Below are positions 54,092 to 64,000 of a stretch of DNA of 64,000 nucleotides, piece after piece. Position 1 is the first letter of the stretch, and each line of letters opens with the position of its first letter. The translations under genes were made by a program, and so were the position numbers. The DNA is from Polymyxa betae A26-41 (Eukaryota > Protista > Endomyxa: Phytomyxea), in the NCBI GenBank assembly GCA_003693705.1, contig RBZT01000781.1, positions 62,001 to 126,000 on the forward strand, given 5' to 3'. The notes under the pieces were generated by a model. That model searched no databases, was not told the DNA's origin, and saw only the letters and a list, made by a program, of their open reading frames with translations.

Positions 54092-55281
54092 TTAGAATCG
54101 ATCGAGCTTGGTGACGATGACGACCTTCAGGGTTTGGTCCAGTGCGGTCACGACGCCCAAACCGATTTTATCGGCGCTCCAATCCAATGATACCAGAGGC
54201 TGGTCCGAGACGCGGCGCTTGTTCAGGCAGGTGAGCGTGCCGGCGACGCCCTGATCCCGCCCATCTTCGGTTTTGACCCGGCGTCGCGACGGGTATGCAT
54301 AACGCCACAAGTTCAATGTCCCATTGCCGCCGCCGGTCGCGAACAGATCGCGGTTCTGCGGCAGATGTCGTACGAGCCAGACGGTGGAGTCGTGCGCCTT
54401 CTCTGATAGGAATGCATAGCCAACATCGGTATTGAATGTTCGCATATCGTAGACTCGGAATCGGGACTCCAGCGTTGTCACAACAAGTTTGTTCATAGGA
54501 ATCTCAGCTCGGTCGAATTGCATCGATACGACACCGTTCTATGAAGAAATCAGCATGATAACAATAGTATAATCCGGAATTTGAAAAGTCGCTGGAAAAT
54601 GTCTAAAACTAAACGAATGCCTAAATGAAGGTTGTCAACCTTAACACTGGTCTCCCATCTGATCTTGTTGGTTCTGAGATCTAACAGCTTCACATCGCCA
54701 TTATCATAGCCGGCAGCCACGCAGCGCTCTGCATCATCGTAGGCGCCGCCGAACGCCACCGTCCAGCAATCACGGGCGGCAGCTGCCTTCACCGGGGCGA
54801 TCGCCGCCACCGGATCCTGTTGTCGCGAGTCCCAGATTCGGACGACGCCATCCCTTCCACCGGTCACCAGCTCTGGAGCACCAGATCCTCTATCTAGACC
54901 ACCAATACCATCGATACAATTCACAAGGCCAGTATGACCATTCGGTGCAGACCAAGCTGGGCGAGATTCGCCCGAGACTCTCTCCATATCCCATATACAA
55001 ACACCGCCTGAGAAGTCCCCGGTAGCAAGCTGTCGTGCATCTGTTGGCGACGCCCCGAACGTGCTGCATTTCAGCCCAGCGTCGTGATCGAGTTCGGCGG
55101 CAGGCTGCAGGCTTCCTTCTGTGAACTTGTACAGGCGAAGAAGGCCGGCGCCGTTCGGTCGCTGCCCAACCAGGGCGATTCTGGCGCTGAATGGGAGCCA
55201 GCGGGCATCGTAGGGCGTCAGGCCCAGAGCCAGGTTGACGTGCTCGATGACCTGTGGTGCAGCGCTGGCGTCCACCACCAT
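54092..55281 (-). CDS. WDR92: WDR92/DNAAF10 (dynein assembly factor, PAQosome subunit)
   Basis: PQVIEH, LATGDFSG, GAPELVTGGRDG, AGYDNGDVKLLDLR, HLPQNRDLF and DQTLKVVIVTKL. Confidence 0.95.
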
Positions 55282-55350
55282 CTTCGACAATGACGTTGTG
55301 TCACAGAGACAGCTGCTGCTGCTGGCAGAAACCCTAAAACCCTAACTTTA

Positions 55351-56680
55351 TTACGGGTCGGGAGGCAGCGCATCCATCAATCCAAGCAGGTCGATGTCGT
55401 CGGCGCTGTGGTTTGCATCGTTATCAACGTCGTCGAGCTTTGATATGATATCAGCTTTTATGGATGTTGCAGGCGCCACTATCTTCTGGAAAGACGACCC
55501 CGAGCTGCCTTGGTTGGTTGATGACGACTCGGTCGTGATGAGATCCAGCTCAAGCCTGAAGGTCGGATCAGGTGGCATAATCTTGATCAGATCGGTTAGC
55601 AGCTGTGTCGGTGCCGAAACTTTCAATCCGGATGAAGTAGAAGCGACCGAGGTCGCTGCCGCCTGCGACTCTGTTCTGTTGTCGTTCTCGTAACTGAAGA
55701 CGATTCAGACAGCGACCTGAACACATCTTGCAAAGTTACATGTTGCTTCCTAAAGCACAATTTTCAGCAACTACAGGTGGTGCGGCAGTGGCTGCTGTTG
55801 CTGCTATTTGACGACTTGGAAAAGTTATGTTGAACGTCTGGGTTAAGATCCTGGAAGTGAACACGCGAACCATCCCCAGCGGGTCGCCCATCGAAGGCTG
55901 CGACCCTCGACGTTCGTATGTGACAACGATGGCGCCGTTTGTGTCCTGAGATACATCAGGGAGCTAGCAGTCTTGGACAGCAGCGACGACCTGAAGATTG
56001 CTCTGAAGCAAGAGTGACACCTTGATTTTGCGATCTTGCAGGACATCAAGCAGGCGATAGCGCAGGACTGCAAACTCCCATTCGGCAACGCTGGCAAATA
56101 GCTAAGCTGGAGTCAGTAAAGTTCAACATTGTTGGGCTCTTACTTTGTTGACTGTTTGTAATGCGCGCTGGATTAACGAGACAGCTACACAATGGCGAGC
56201 TGACATCGGGAATAGCTCAATTAGCGAGTTCAAATGGTTTCTAGTGATGCGAACGACGTCGCTTGGGATAGTTGATGACATCAGCTGGAACTTAAAGCCC
56301 ATGGTCATTAAGTCGTATAGCTGCATGCCCGATGAGTTCGGTCAGAGGTGTGGTGATGGTGCTCACTTTCTCCATGCTGGGCTCATTCAATCGCATGATT
56401 GATGAATGCGCCAGGCGTCTGAAAATCTGCTGCAGTGCGTCCAGGTTCTGGACTGGGTGCGGCTTGAACATCTCGTCGATGAACTTGGTATTGAACATGG
56501 TCGCCGTTACTTCTTCCAGCACTGCGTCGATGATTAGGCGAGCCGCCGATTTAACAGCGATGACGAACCGCGAACGCTTTTGTCGATGGGAATGTTCTGC
56601 GCCCTTAATCTCTGATCGATTATGTAGACCATTTCGCCGCCCATGTTGATGACCAGCACCGACATCGCCATACGTGCCAT
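55351..56680 (-). CDS. OSCP1: OSCP1/NOR1 cilia-associated protein
   Basis: NMGGEMVYIIDQRLRAQNI, LAHSSIMRLN..SMEKLYDLMTMGFKFQ and the C-terminal DLLGLMD. Confidence 0.92.
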
Positions 56681-56988
56681 GACGGATGATTTGTCACTGA
56701 CGCTCGTCGCTGTGACGAGTTTCCTTCGCGATCGTTGTTTTCTCCGGGCATGATCCGACCTCTGGTCGCGTGGTGCGTTGCAATCGATACGCGTTGATTG
56801 CTTCTGTTTTAACCGAAAAATAAGTCTGAGGTTAACACCTCGTACAAGCGATGTCAGCTTTGGAGATAACAGCGTTTTGTTTTGCCTGGATTGAAGCATG
56901 AGTTAGGGTTTGGACAATTCTGGAGGGAACTACAAAGGTGTCTAATTCATAAATTGCATTTGATGTTACGTATAGATATGTATATGAT

Positions 56989-59490
56989 TTAAATCCAGTA
57001 CATTTGGGCACCAGTTCGTTCTAAAACCTTGGGCAGAGCAGTGATCTTGAAGCTTTCTGAGCCCGAACCGGACCGGAACTCGTTCTCTTCACTCTGCGAG
57101 TGATAACGCGCTCGATCTGCGGCGAGGTGTGCATAATAGACGGCCGGAACGATCGACACGGAACGGGTGCACCGAGCATAAGTATAACATTGATGATAAG
57201 TGATGCCTTGCAGAAGGTCAGCAGTGAAATTATTCTCGTCGAAGATAACATGGTAGTGAGTTGGCCTTGAAGTTCCTTGGATACCACCATGTGAACATAA
57301 ATAAAAATCAAATTGTCGAGGATGGACGACAGAAGAATCGACAACAGTTCCAGCGGGAATATTGCCAGAACGATCTCCAGCAGACGCTTGGTTAACAAAA
57401 AAACGAGCATGGTGGCGCTTCTGTACTATAATGAAGGTAATTTTAGGGGTATACCCGGGCTCAAGATTATTGCAAGCATCTCGAAGTGCATTTAATTCAT
57501 GTCTCAAAACAGATTCAAACTGCCCCTCAGAAACGCCATCACGATAGAATAGAATGCGTTCTGGCTTCTTGCCTTTTGTTGCCGTATAAAACCGAATCAA
57601 CAAGGTCTTAGCCATGTTGTTGAGATCTTCTATGATTTCTTGGCGGGGTTTCTGGGCTCGAGTTTCACAAGCGTATTTTGATGGGTGGGCATCCATCGAG
57701 GCAACAACTGCAGCTAATGAAGGAAGCCTAGAAAAAGCGGCCCCGTGCGTAACATCAGCTCCAAATATGATGACAGGTTTCTTGAATAAAAGCTCATGTG
57801 AAGGCGATCGAGACAAAACGCTGTTGATGCCCCCAATCCGAGTGTTAATCTTGAGTAGGAGATTACCACAATACATCGGGTCTGCCTTTTGAAGATGCTT
57901 GGATTGCATACATTGGGAAGGTACATCCAGCACAGTGTCGCAAATACGCTTGATCTCACCATATGCGTTACTGTCACCAAATGGTAGAATGATTAACAGT
58001 AATTGACACCGAAGTTTTGAACTCTCGATTTGCTTGACAGCTTTTGTTAGCGCATCCTGGTAGCAAATCGTGCCCCGCCCCTGTGGACGACAAGGGATTA
58101 TAACTGGTCGCTTGAAAGAAACACCATGTTCCTTTGCAGCCCCGTTGAGAACAGAGAGGAAGTTATTCACTTCATTTTCGCGAACACGTTGTTCAAAGAC
58201 GACAACACCCCAGTTATCGACCGGCGGGGAAGAAACGTAGGAAGCATCTCTGGCTTGCCAGGCTCCCAGCTGAGGTTGTACAGTCTTCTTCTTGGATTGT
58301 TGGTGATAGGAGATGGTAGGAGGTTCCAACACACGACCATTAACCTTGACCATTTGCGCGTTAACTTTTAATCCAAAGTCTTTTACAACAGGGTCTTTGT
58401 CATATTCCCGTTCTTGCAAACATTTCGCGATATTCTCCATTCGCACATTCGGCTTTGTCGCAGTCTTCTTGATCATTGCAGCAGTTTGTGCAGGCGCTAG
58501 CTTCTTAGTGATTCGCTCGCCAGAAACAACGTGGCAAACCTCCATCGGCAGATATGTAGGCTTTTCTTTGGACCCTACTATCAATAGAGGAAGATGCGGA
58601 TGCTGCAGCTTGAGGTTGTAGCGCTCTTGAAAGTATTTAGCAACGTTCGTTGACCGGGTTTCGTTGTCTTCTTCAATAGTAAACTTTAGCTGCACAGAGG
58701 ATTCCTTAGCAATGTCACGAATCCTGTACTTTCGCTTCATATCGCCGCGATGGGTAACGGAAACTTTGACTCCAATTAGTTCGGATCGAAGAGCACCACG
58801 GCAAGATTCGTTAATATTGGCTAGTTCTCGTCGAGTAGCGGCTTTCACGAGGTCGAGGACAGGCTGCGCCCGATGAAACACTGACGCAGCGATGTCGATA
58901 TTAACCAGTAAACGGCCGTGTGCAGGACGGAGAGACTGGTGATAGCCGAACCAAATCTCAGACAAGGCATCAAGTGGGACAGTGTTGCGACCGGAAAAGA
59001 AGGAAGAGCCAAGTGAAATAAGCTTGCCAATGGGAGTCGATCGGCAGATGACATCTAATGCTTGAACACAGTCTTGAGGAGTATCAAGATTTCGTCCAGC
59101 TAGGAATTGATGAAGAGAATTCATTGGCACAACAGCGACATGCTCGATCTTAATAGTGAAACGGCTTCTACGATCAGGAAGATTAATGACCTCCGTTTTA
59201 GACGGCCATGGCAATCTGATGGGATAATACATCGTAGCCTCTCCGTCATAAGCCAGGGCCTTATTGCCTTCGAAAAAGTTTTTCTGTTTGTGAAGGACGT
59301 TCATGATCTGGAGATTGGCGGCCTTGGGAACAGACGGTGTTATCTGCACATTGTACATGTGAAAGTCGGCATTAGGGATAGAAGAAACCTCGAAGAAATT
59401 GGCAGTCAAGCTAATGGGTTTGCCTGCCTTACCGACGCCAGGGCGCTGAGGCATGGCGTTGGGGTTGAAAGTATCGGGCGAAGTCGTCAT
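56989..59490 (-). CDS. AGO: Argonaute (AGO clade; N-PAZ-MID-PIWI), intronless CDS
   Basis: 833-aa ORF; GYHQSLRP, YLPMEVC, GADVTH, RQEII, YRDGVSEGQF, QKRHH, GTSRPTHYHV and YYAHLAA give an intact D-E-D-H tetrad. Confidence 0.98.
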   Translation of the reverse strand: MTTSPDTFNPNAMPQRPGVGKAGKPISLTANFFEVSSIPNADFHMYNVQITPSVPKAANLQIMNVLHKQKNFFEGNKALAYDGEATMYYPIRLPWPSKTEVINLPDRRSRFTIKIEHVAVVPMNSLHQFLAGRNLDTPQDCVQALDVICRSTPIGKLISLGSSFFSGRNTVPLDALSEIWFGYHQSLRPAHGRLLVNIDIAASVFHRAQPVLDLVKAATRRELANINESCRGALRSELIGVKVSVTHRGDMKRKYRIRDIAKESSVQLKFTIEEDNETRSTNVAKYFQERYNLKLQHPHLPLLIVGSKEKPTYLPMEVCHVVSGERITKKLAPAQTAAMIKKTATKPNVRMENIAKCLQEREYDKDPVVKDFGLKVNAQMVKVNGRVLEPPTISYHQQSKKKTVQPQLGAWQARDASYVSSPPVDNWGVVVFEQRVRENEVNNFLSVLNGAAKEHGVSFKRPVIIPCRPQGRGTICYQDALTKAVKQIESSKLRCQLLLIILPFGDSNAYGEIKRICDTVLDVPSQCMQSKHLQKADPMYCGNLLLKINTRIGGINSVLSRSPSHELLFKKPVIIFGADVTHGAAFSRLPSLAAVVASMDAHPSKYACETRAQKPRQEIIEDLNNMAKTLLIRFYTATKGKKPERILFYRDGVSEGQFESVLRHELNALRDACNNLEPGYTPKITFIIVQKRHHARFFVNQASAGDRSGNIPAGTVVDSSVVHPRQFDFYLCSHGGIQGTSRPTHYHVIFDENNFTADLLQGITYHQCYTYARCTRSVSIVPAVYYAHLAADRARYHSQSEENEFRSGSGSESFKITALPKVLERTGAQMYWI

Positions 59491-61471
59491 GGCAGATTGT
59501 AGGAGGACGAAAACTGACGCCTAATTAGCACGATGGTAGCCAAATGAATCAGAACGAAATCAAGAAACAGCGCACAGAAGAGCTCGTCGCCAGCGCAGGA
59601 CAGTAACCTGACTGGTGCTGACCTCTCCTGTCAGTGCGCTCCCAGTGGATCATGGTTACAACCGAACTGGTCATCAACGGAAACCCTGTCACCGCTTCTC
59701 ACCTACACTGATGCTGGCCTGTATTATTCGACATGAGCTGGGGGCTGCCGCCTATATACAGTCGAAACAGACTTAAAGCGGCCGTTTATGCAAACGGCGG
59801 AGCCCGCTCGGGCTGGGTGATTTGACAGACACTGAACGAGTCATGGGCAACGCAACTACGTAACATTTGGCATGTAGAGCATCATACTGTACGAATTAAG
59901 TTGGCAATCTGGCTGGCGTAAGCCGGGCTGTAAGTATGTCAAGTGCGTATGTCCACTGTTTGCAGTCTTTATTTTAGGCTTGTTGGGCCAGAAAGTCGAT
60001 AAATTCCAGTCAGTTCAACGAACAAAGACGACACGAAAAGGAGAGAAACTCGAAAACCCCGTCATATCAGCAATGTCTACAATGTCTGCTGCCACAGGGC
60101 TGCGCTGTGAACAATCGCGGCGTTTCTTCAAAGGCGGAGCCCTCGCCGTTGCGACATTGCTACAATGGTGTGCTCATCATGAGGCGGATCATAACAAACC
60201 AAGCATGCCACTCACTATCGCTCTGAAATATCAATTAATCGCTCATGGAGTTAGGGCAAGGAAGTTTCTGAATGCTGCTCTATTCCTTGCGCTAACGAGA
60301 GAATGCCGCCTGTCCAGGGATATCAGCGATCCTTCGAATCCAACCTAACTTTGATTGTTCATACTCGTTGTTGCTCGCTTAGATTGTTCATTTGGGCTCT
60401 GTGCAAGGGAATTAGTTTGTATCCATTCTTTCCAGCATGGAGCATCTTATGAGGCTATTCACTTGCTCTGCAATTGTGTTTATTTTTTGCTGAATCTGCT
60501 GATGATGGAGGGTTGCCGACCTTAAGAGTGTAGGAAGGGAATACTAAATTACTTCTGCATGTGATTGCATTTGACTGAATCAACTAAAGGCTGTTTTTGT
60601 TATGATTTGGTGTAGATCAGCAAACTTTGAATATCACCAGTTCGATTGCCGATGATATGCTGATTTATTGTTGATGATATAGATAAATAAACCATGCTAA
60701 AGCGAAATTAGTTGAATTTATTTTATTTAATCCATCAACTGAATTCCATGATAGCTATACTGGCCATTTTAAAATCTCTTTCCGGTTATGGTCACATTGC
60801 TTAAAACCTGTAAATCGTATCGAAATAAGTCGGATATGTGCTTAACTTTTTCAAATGCTATATAACTCGATCTTGGCAATGCTGAAAGATGCAGCACTCA
60901 AAGACAGTGATAGTGCCCCAGACTGGCTAATCTATGCGCTCTTGTCTGGCTTATCGATATATCAGTAGCCGAGCGCAAGCTGTAAGGTTTCAAAGAAATC
61001 ATCCATTGCATCTATGCCATTCTCGTTAAAGATGGACCTTTCAAAACTCGTTTACAATGTCTATCCAGTATATTGAGTTTGATGATTGCACAGTACATAT
61101 GCATCTGGGACCTTCTCAGAATTTATATTCAAATCATGATTGCGGTCCTCCACAAGGTTCAGTTATAGTTCATGCCAATCATTTGCCAACCAGCGATTTC
61201 GACCACGAACTGAAACCATATCAAATTACTGCATCATATACCAAGCATACAGCTATCGCTTGCTTGGGTTTAAATGGGTCCCCAAGTGCTCTGAATTGAA
61301 TAGATTTTTGTATTTTATGCACTGCTGCTTTTCCAGATTTTGATCGAATCAGCTGTTATCGAGTAAATTGCTGTCTATCAAAGAAATGGTCATGTCAATG
61401 TAACATTACTTCACTACCGTTATAAACGTGTAGCCCCGAGAGTCGTCATCATAGTTCAGACTTGAAAGACG

Positions 61472-63894
61472 ATGGCGGTCTCGGCCCACCCGTCCATGAC
61501 CTTGAAGGTTCGCGATGCGGTTGCCTCCTGGGATAAAATCGTTAGCGCCCAGGAGACAGCAGCTCTGGCGGAGGCCATGCAGAAGGCGCTCGACCACGAT
61601 CGGTTTAGCGCGCCTGCCAGGCCTGTTGTTCTGCCTCCAGCCTCTGATCCTCAATCACTGAAGAATGTATTATCGTTTTATTACGAGCTGAAGACAGAAT
61701 CAGAATCAGTGGCGGCTGTATATAGCCGAGGTCGGCTACGACTATCGTCGCTATCCGCTACGAAAGCCGTCCTATCGGATATGATCGGGCGTGTTCATTC
61801 CATTTGCAATCGAATGGATGCGTTAGTATCGCTAAATCGGTCGATTGCTGAATTTACCGATCAGATTCGGCAATCGTGTCAGCTGCTCGCTAAAGAAAAA
61901 GAGCAGCTGGTCGCCCAATCTGATTATCTCAGCGATGTGCTATCACATTTTGATGATAGCAGGCGACTCGGTATCTCATTTCAGCAATTTTTCATTTCTG
62001 TTTTTGATGAAAGCACTTTTTTCTTTATTGTTTCTCTTTATTTTGTAACTGCGGTTTATTTTTTTGTAATGAATGTATATCAATTTGCTTCAGCTCATAG
62101 GTTGTCGTTAACTAATAACATCTCGGCACAAGAATGGGCTTCGATATTGAATCGTATTGACGAATGCACATCGTTCATGAAGAAGCATCAAGACTATGCA
62201 GAAGCCCGACGTCATCTGCCCCAGTTCCAACAAATACGAACTCAGGCGCTATCAAAGCTTTGCACCCAGTTCCAAAAGATTCTTCAGTCGTCAATCGAAG
62301 CGAACCCAGTCGTTCCAAAGGACCATTTCTCCATTTCACTCCTTTCTTTTAGATCCGCTGCCAGCAGCGCTAGACCATTAATCGCAATTTTGGAACGGAA
62401 ATCGGGCATCTTCAATGAATATGATGAAGCTCTCCAGGAATGTGTTCAAGCTTATTACCAGATTCGGCAGAAGCTTTTGTATGAGACTTCAAATCAGTAT
62501 ATCACCTCGCTAGCAGAATCGAAATCACTGCCCGACTTTTCCCGAACGGCCTCTATTTATTTAATACGTATATGCTCGGTCGAAGCTCGACTGTTTTCGG
62601 ATTTCTTTCGAGCAGAGTCATCCTTCTCGTTGTTTCTACAGCTGATTTCAAGTGTCAGCAGCAGGTTCGCAATCATGCAATTGTTTAATTGAACATTTGT
62701 CTTTGAATTGTAGGCTTATTTCTGTTTAATGTGTGATGCATTGGATTCTCTTGTTGTTGCTCGACATTTCACTATTCAACCATCTTTGTGCTTTTTGTGT
62801 TTTTTCTTTCTCAAGATTACGTTGCTACTGAAACAAATTGTAACGTATGACGGTTATAAACCTGATTTAATATTCGTTTGCGTTAGAATGATCTGACTCT
62901 GTTCAGCCTTTATATACACATTCGATCTCGGGTCATCAACGAAGAGGATCTCGATATTCTCTCCGATGTTATCAACATCGTCCAATGCGAGATCCTCGAT
63001 AATGAAGTCATTCCGCGCGGTGATGAAGTCAACCCGATCATTCCTGTCCTGCAACGCATAGTTGAGGACGTTCAAGAACGTCTCATTTACCGTGCCACTA
63101 TCTACATTCGCGACAACGTCTCTGGATTCAGCCCGAATCCTGATCATCTTAACTATCCAGGCTCGCTGATAGCCGCTAAAGAGAATGGCCCAACTTCTCT
63201 ATCTTGGTACCCGGTTCTAGAGTCCTGCCTGATACTGCTGTCGAAGATCTATCGCTCGGTCGAGCGCCATGTGTTCGAGATGTTGGCCCAGGACGCGATC
63301 TCGGCGTGTATCCAATCATTACACTCTGCCTCCGAGATGTTTCCAACCAGAGACGATTCATATCTGTTCCTGATTCGTCATCTAGCCATTTTAAGAGAGC
63401 AAATATCTCCCTTCAACCTCAGTGGCGGATTCACCGAGCGTGAATTGGATTTGTCGCATGTGACCGGGTCGTTTCGGCTGCTTATCTCCGGTCGTCTACC
63501 AGCACTAACACTGACGGAAACTGAGGTGAATATTCAGCTCGCCTTGGAGGCCGATCTGAAACGAACCTGTGAGCTTTATATTCATCATGTCGTTAGGTCG
63601 CTTATTTCCGGCGACAACCTTCCACCGGTACGGTTGCATCATTTTTGATTTGCTGAACTTAATGACTTTTGTCAGGCTGAAAACTATGACGATCTAGTTC
63701 GTTCTGCTAGCGAGAAGGAGCTGAACTCTGATCCCGTCGCGTTTCAGCAAGGCTACCAGTCAATGCAAGATCAATTATCTTTGTATTTTGGTGGATCCGA
63801 AGCTACTCTGATTGAACCGATCAATAATCAGATCGACCATTTGATATCAGAAATCAGGAAATCGGCGAGTCTCAATATTGAACAGCAGGAATAA
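61472..63894 (+). CDS. COG3: Conserved oligomeric Golgi complex subunit 3 (Sec34)
   Basis: EDVQERLIYRA, LNYP, WYPVL...LSKIYR and LIRHLAILREQISPF. Confidence 0.9.
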
Positions 63895-64000
63895 ACGCCA
63901 ATGTCTGACTCCCGCTGTCATCGATGTCACAGATAGGGCTAATCGGCATTTCACTCAAATTTTCATAGCTCCTGTTTCATCGTTGGCAAAGCTTTAGTCA

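Noticed and set aside
57021-59502. Numerous alternate-frame and antisense ORFs over AGO (and similarly over other genes)
   Set aside because: Shadow ORFs of the real coding sequence.
59900-61400. Short ORFs between AGO and COG3
   Set aside because: No coherent spliced frame or RNA-gene signature found.

Overview
Gene-dense eukaryotic genomic DNA (GC about mid-40s by eye), standard genetic code, with many short introns of about 45-55 nt (GT-AG, at least one GC-AG) and often under 100 bp between genes. Ciliary genes, chitin-related surface proteins, TTTTAGGG/TTTAGGG-like motifs and the intron style suggest a zoosporic protist such as a plasmodiophorid (inference only). Recognisable genes: AstE/AspA-type M14 hydrolase, tRNA-Leu(AAG), BTB protein, CBM18 GPI protein, EGF-CE4 protein, YIF1, NSRP1, F-box, WDPCP/Fritz, RING ligase, OST3/6, Chk2-like kinase, syntaxin, PPIL2, PAQR, PCBD, Gemin2, ATP9/NEO1, DDX3, TTI1, DPH2, roadblock LC7, RPL37, WDR92, OSCP1, Argonaute and COG3. 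Manual splicing recovered genes absent or only fragmentary in the ORF track: a 99-aa ASDURF/beta-prefoldin-like microprotein (11119-11565), a BTG/Tob protein (16768-17321), a compact TSEN34 (26103-26832) and RPL37. The most notable oddities are the standalone ASDURF-like gene, a membrane-anchored EGF-repeat chitin deacetylase lacking its metal ligands inside a surface-protein cluster, decaying tandem copies of a tRNA 3' end, and telomere-like motifs at ciliary gene 5' ends. All family assignments come from motif recognition from memory, not from database searches. No CRISPR, rRNA or intact transposon was seen.
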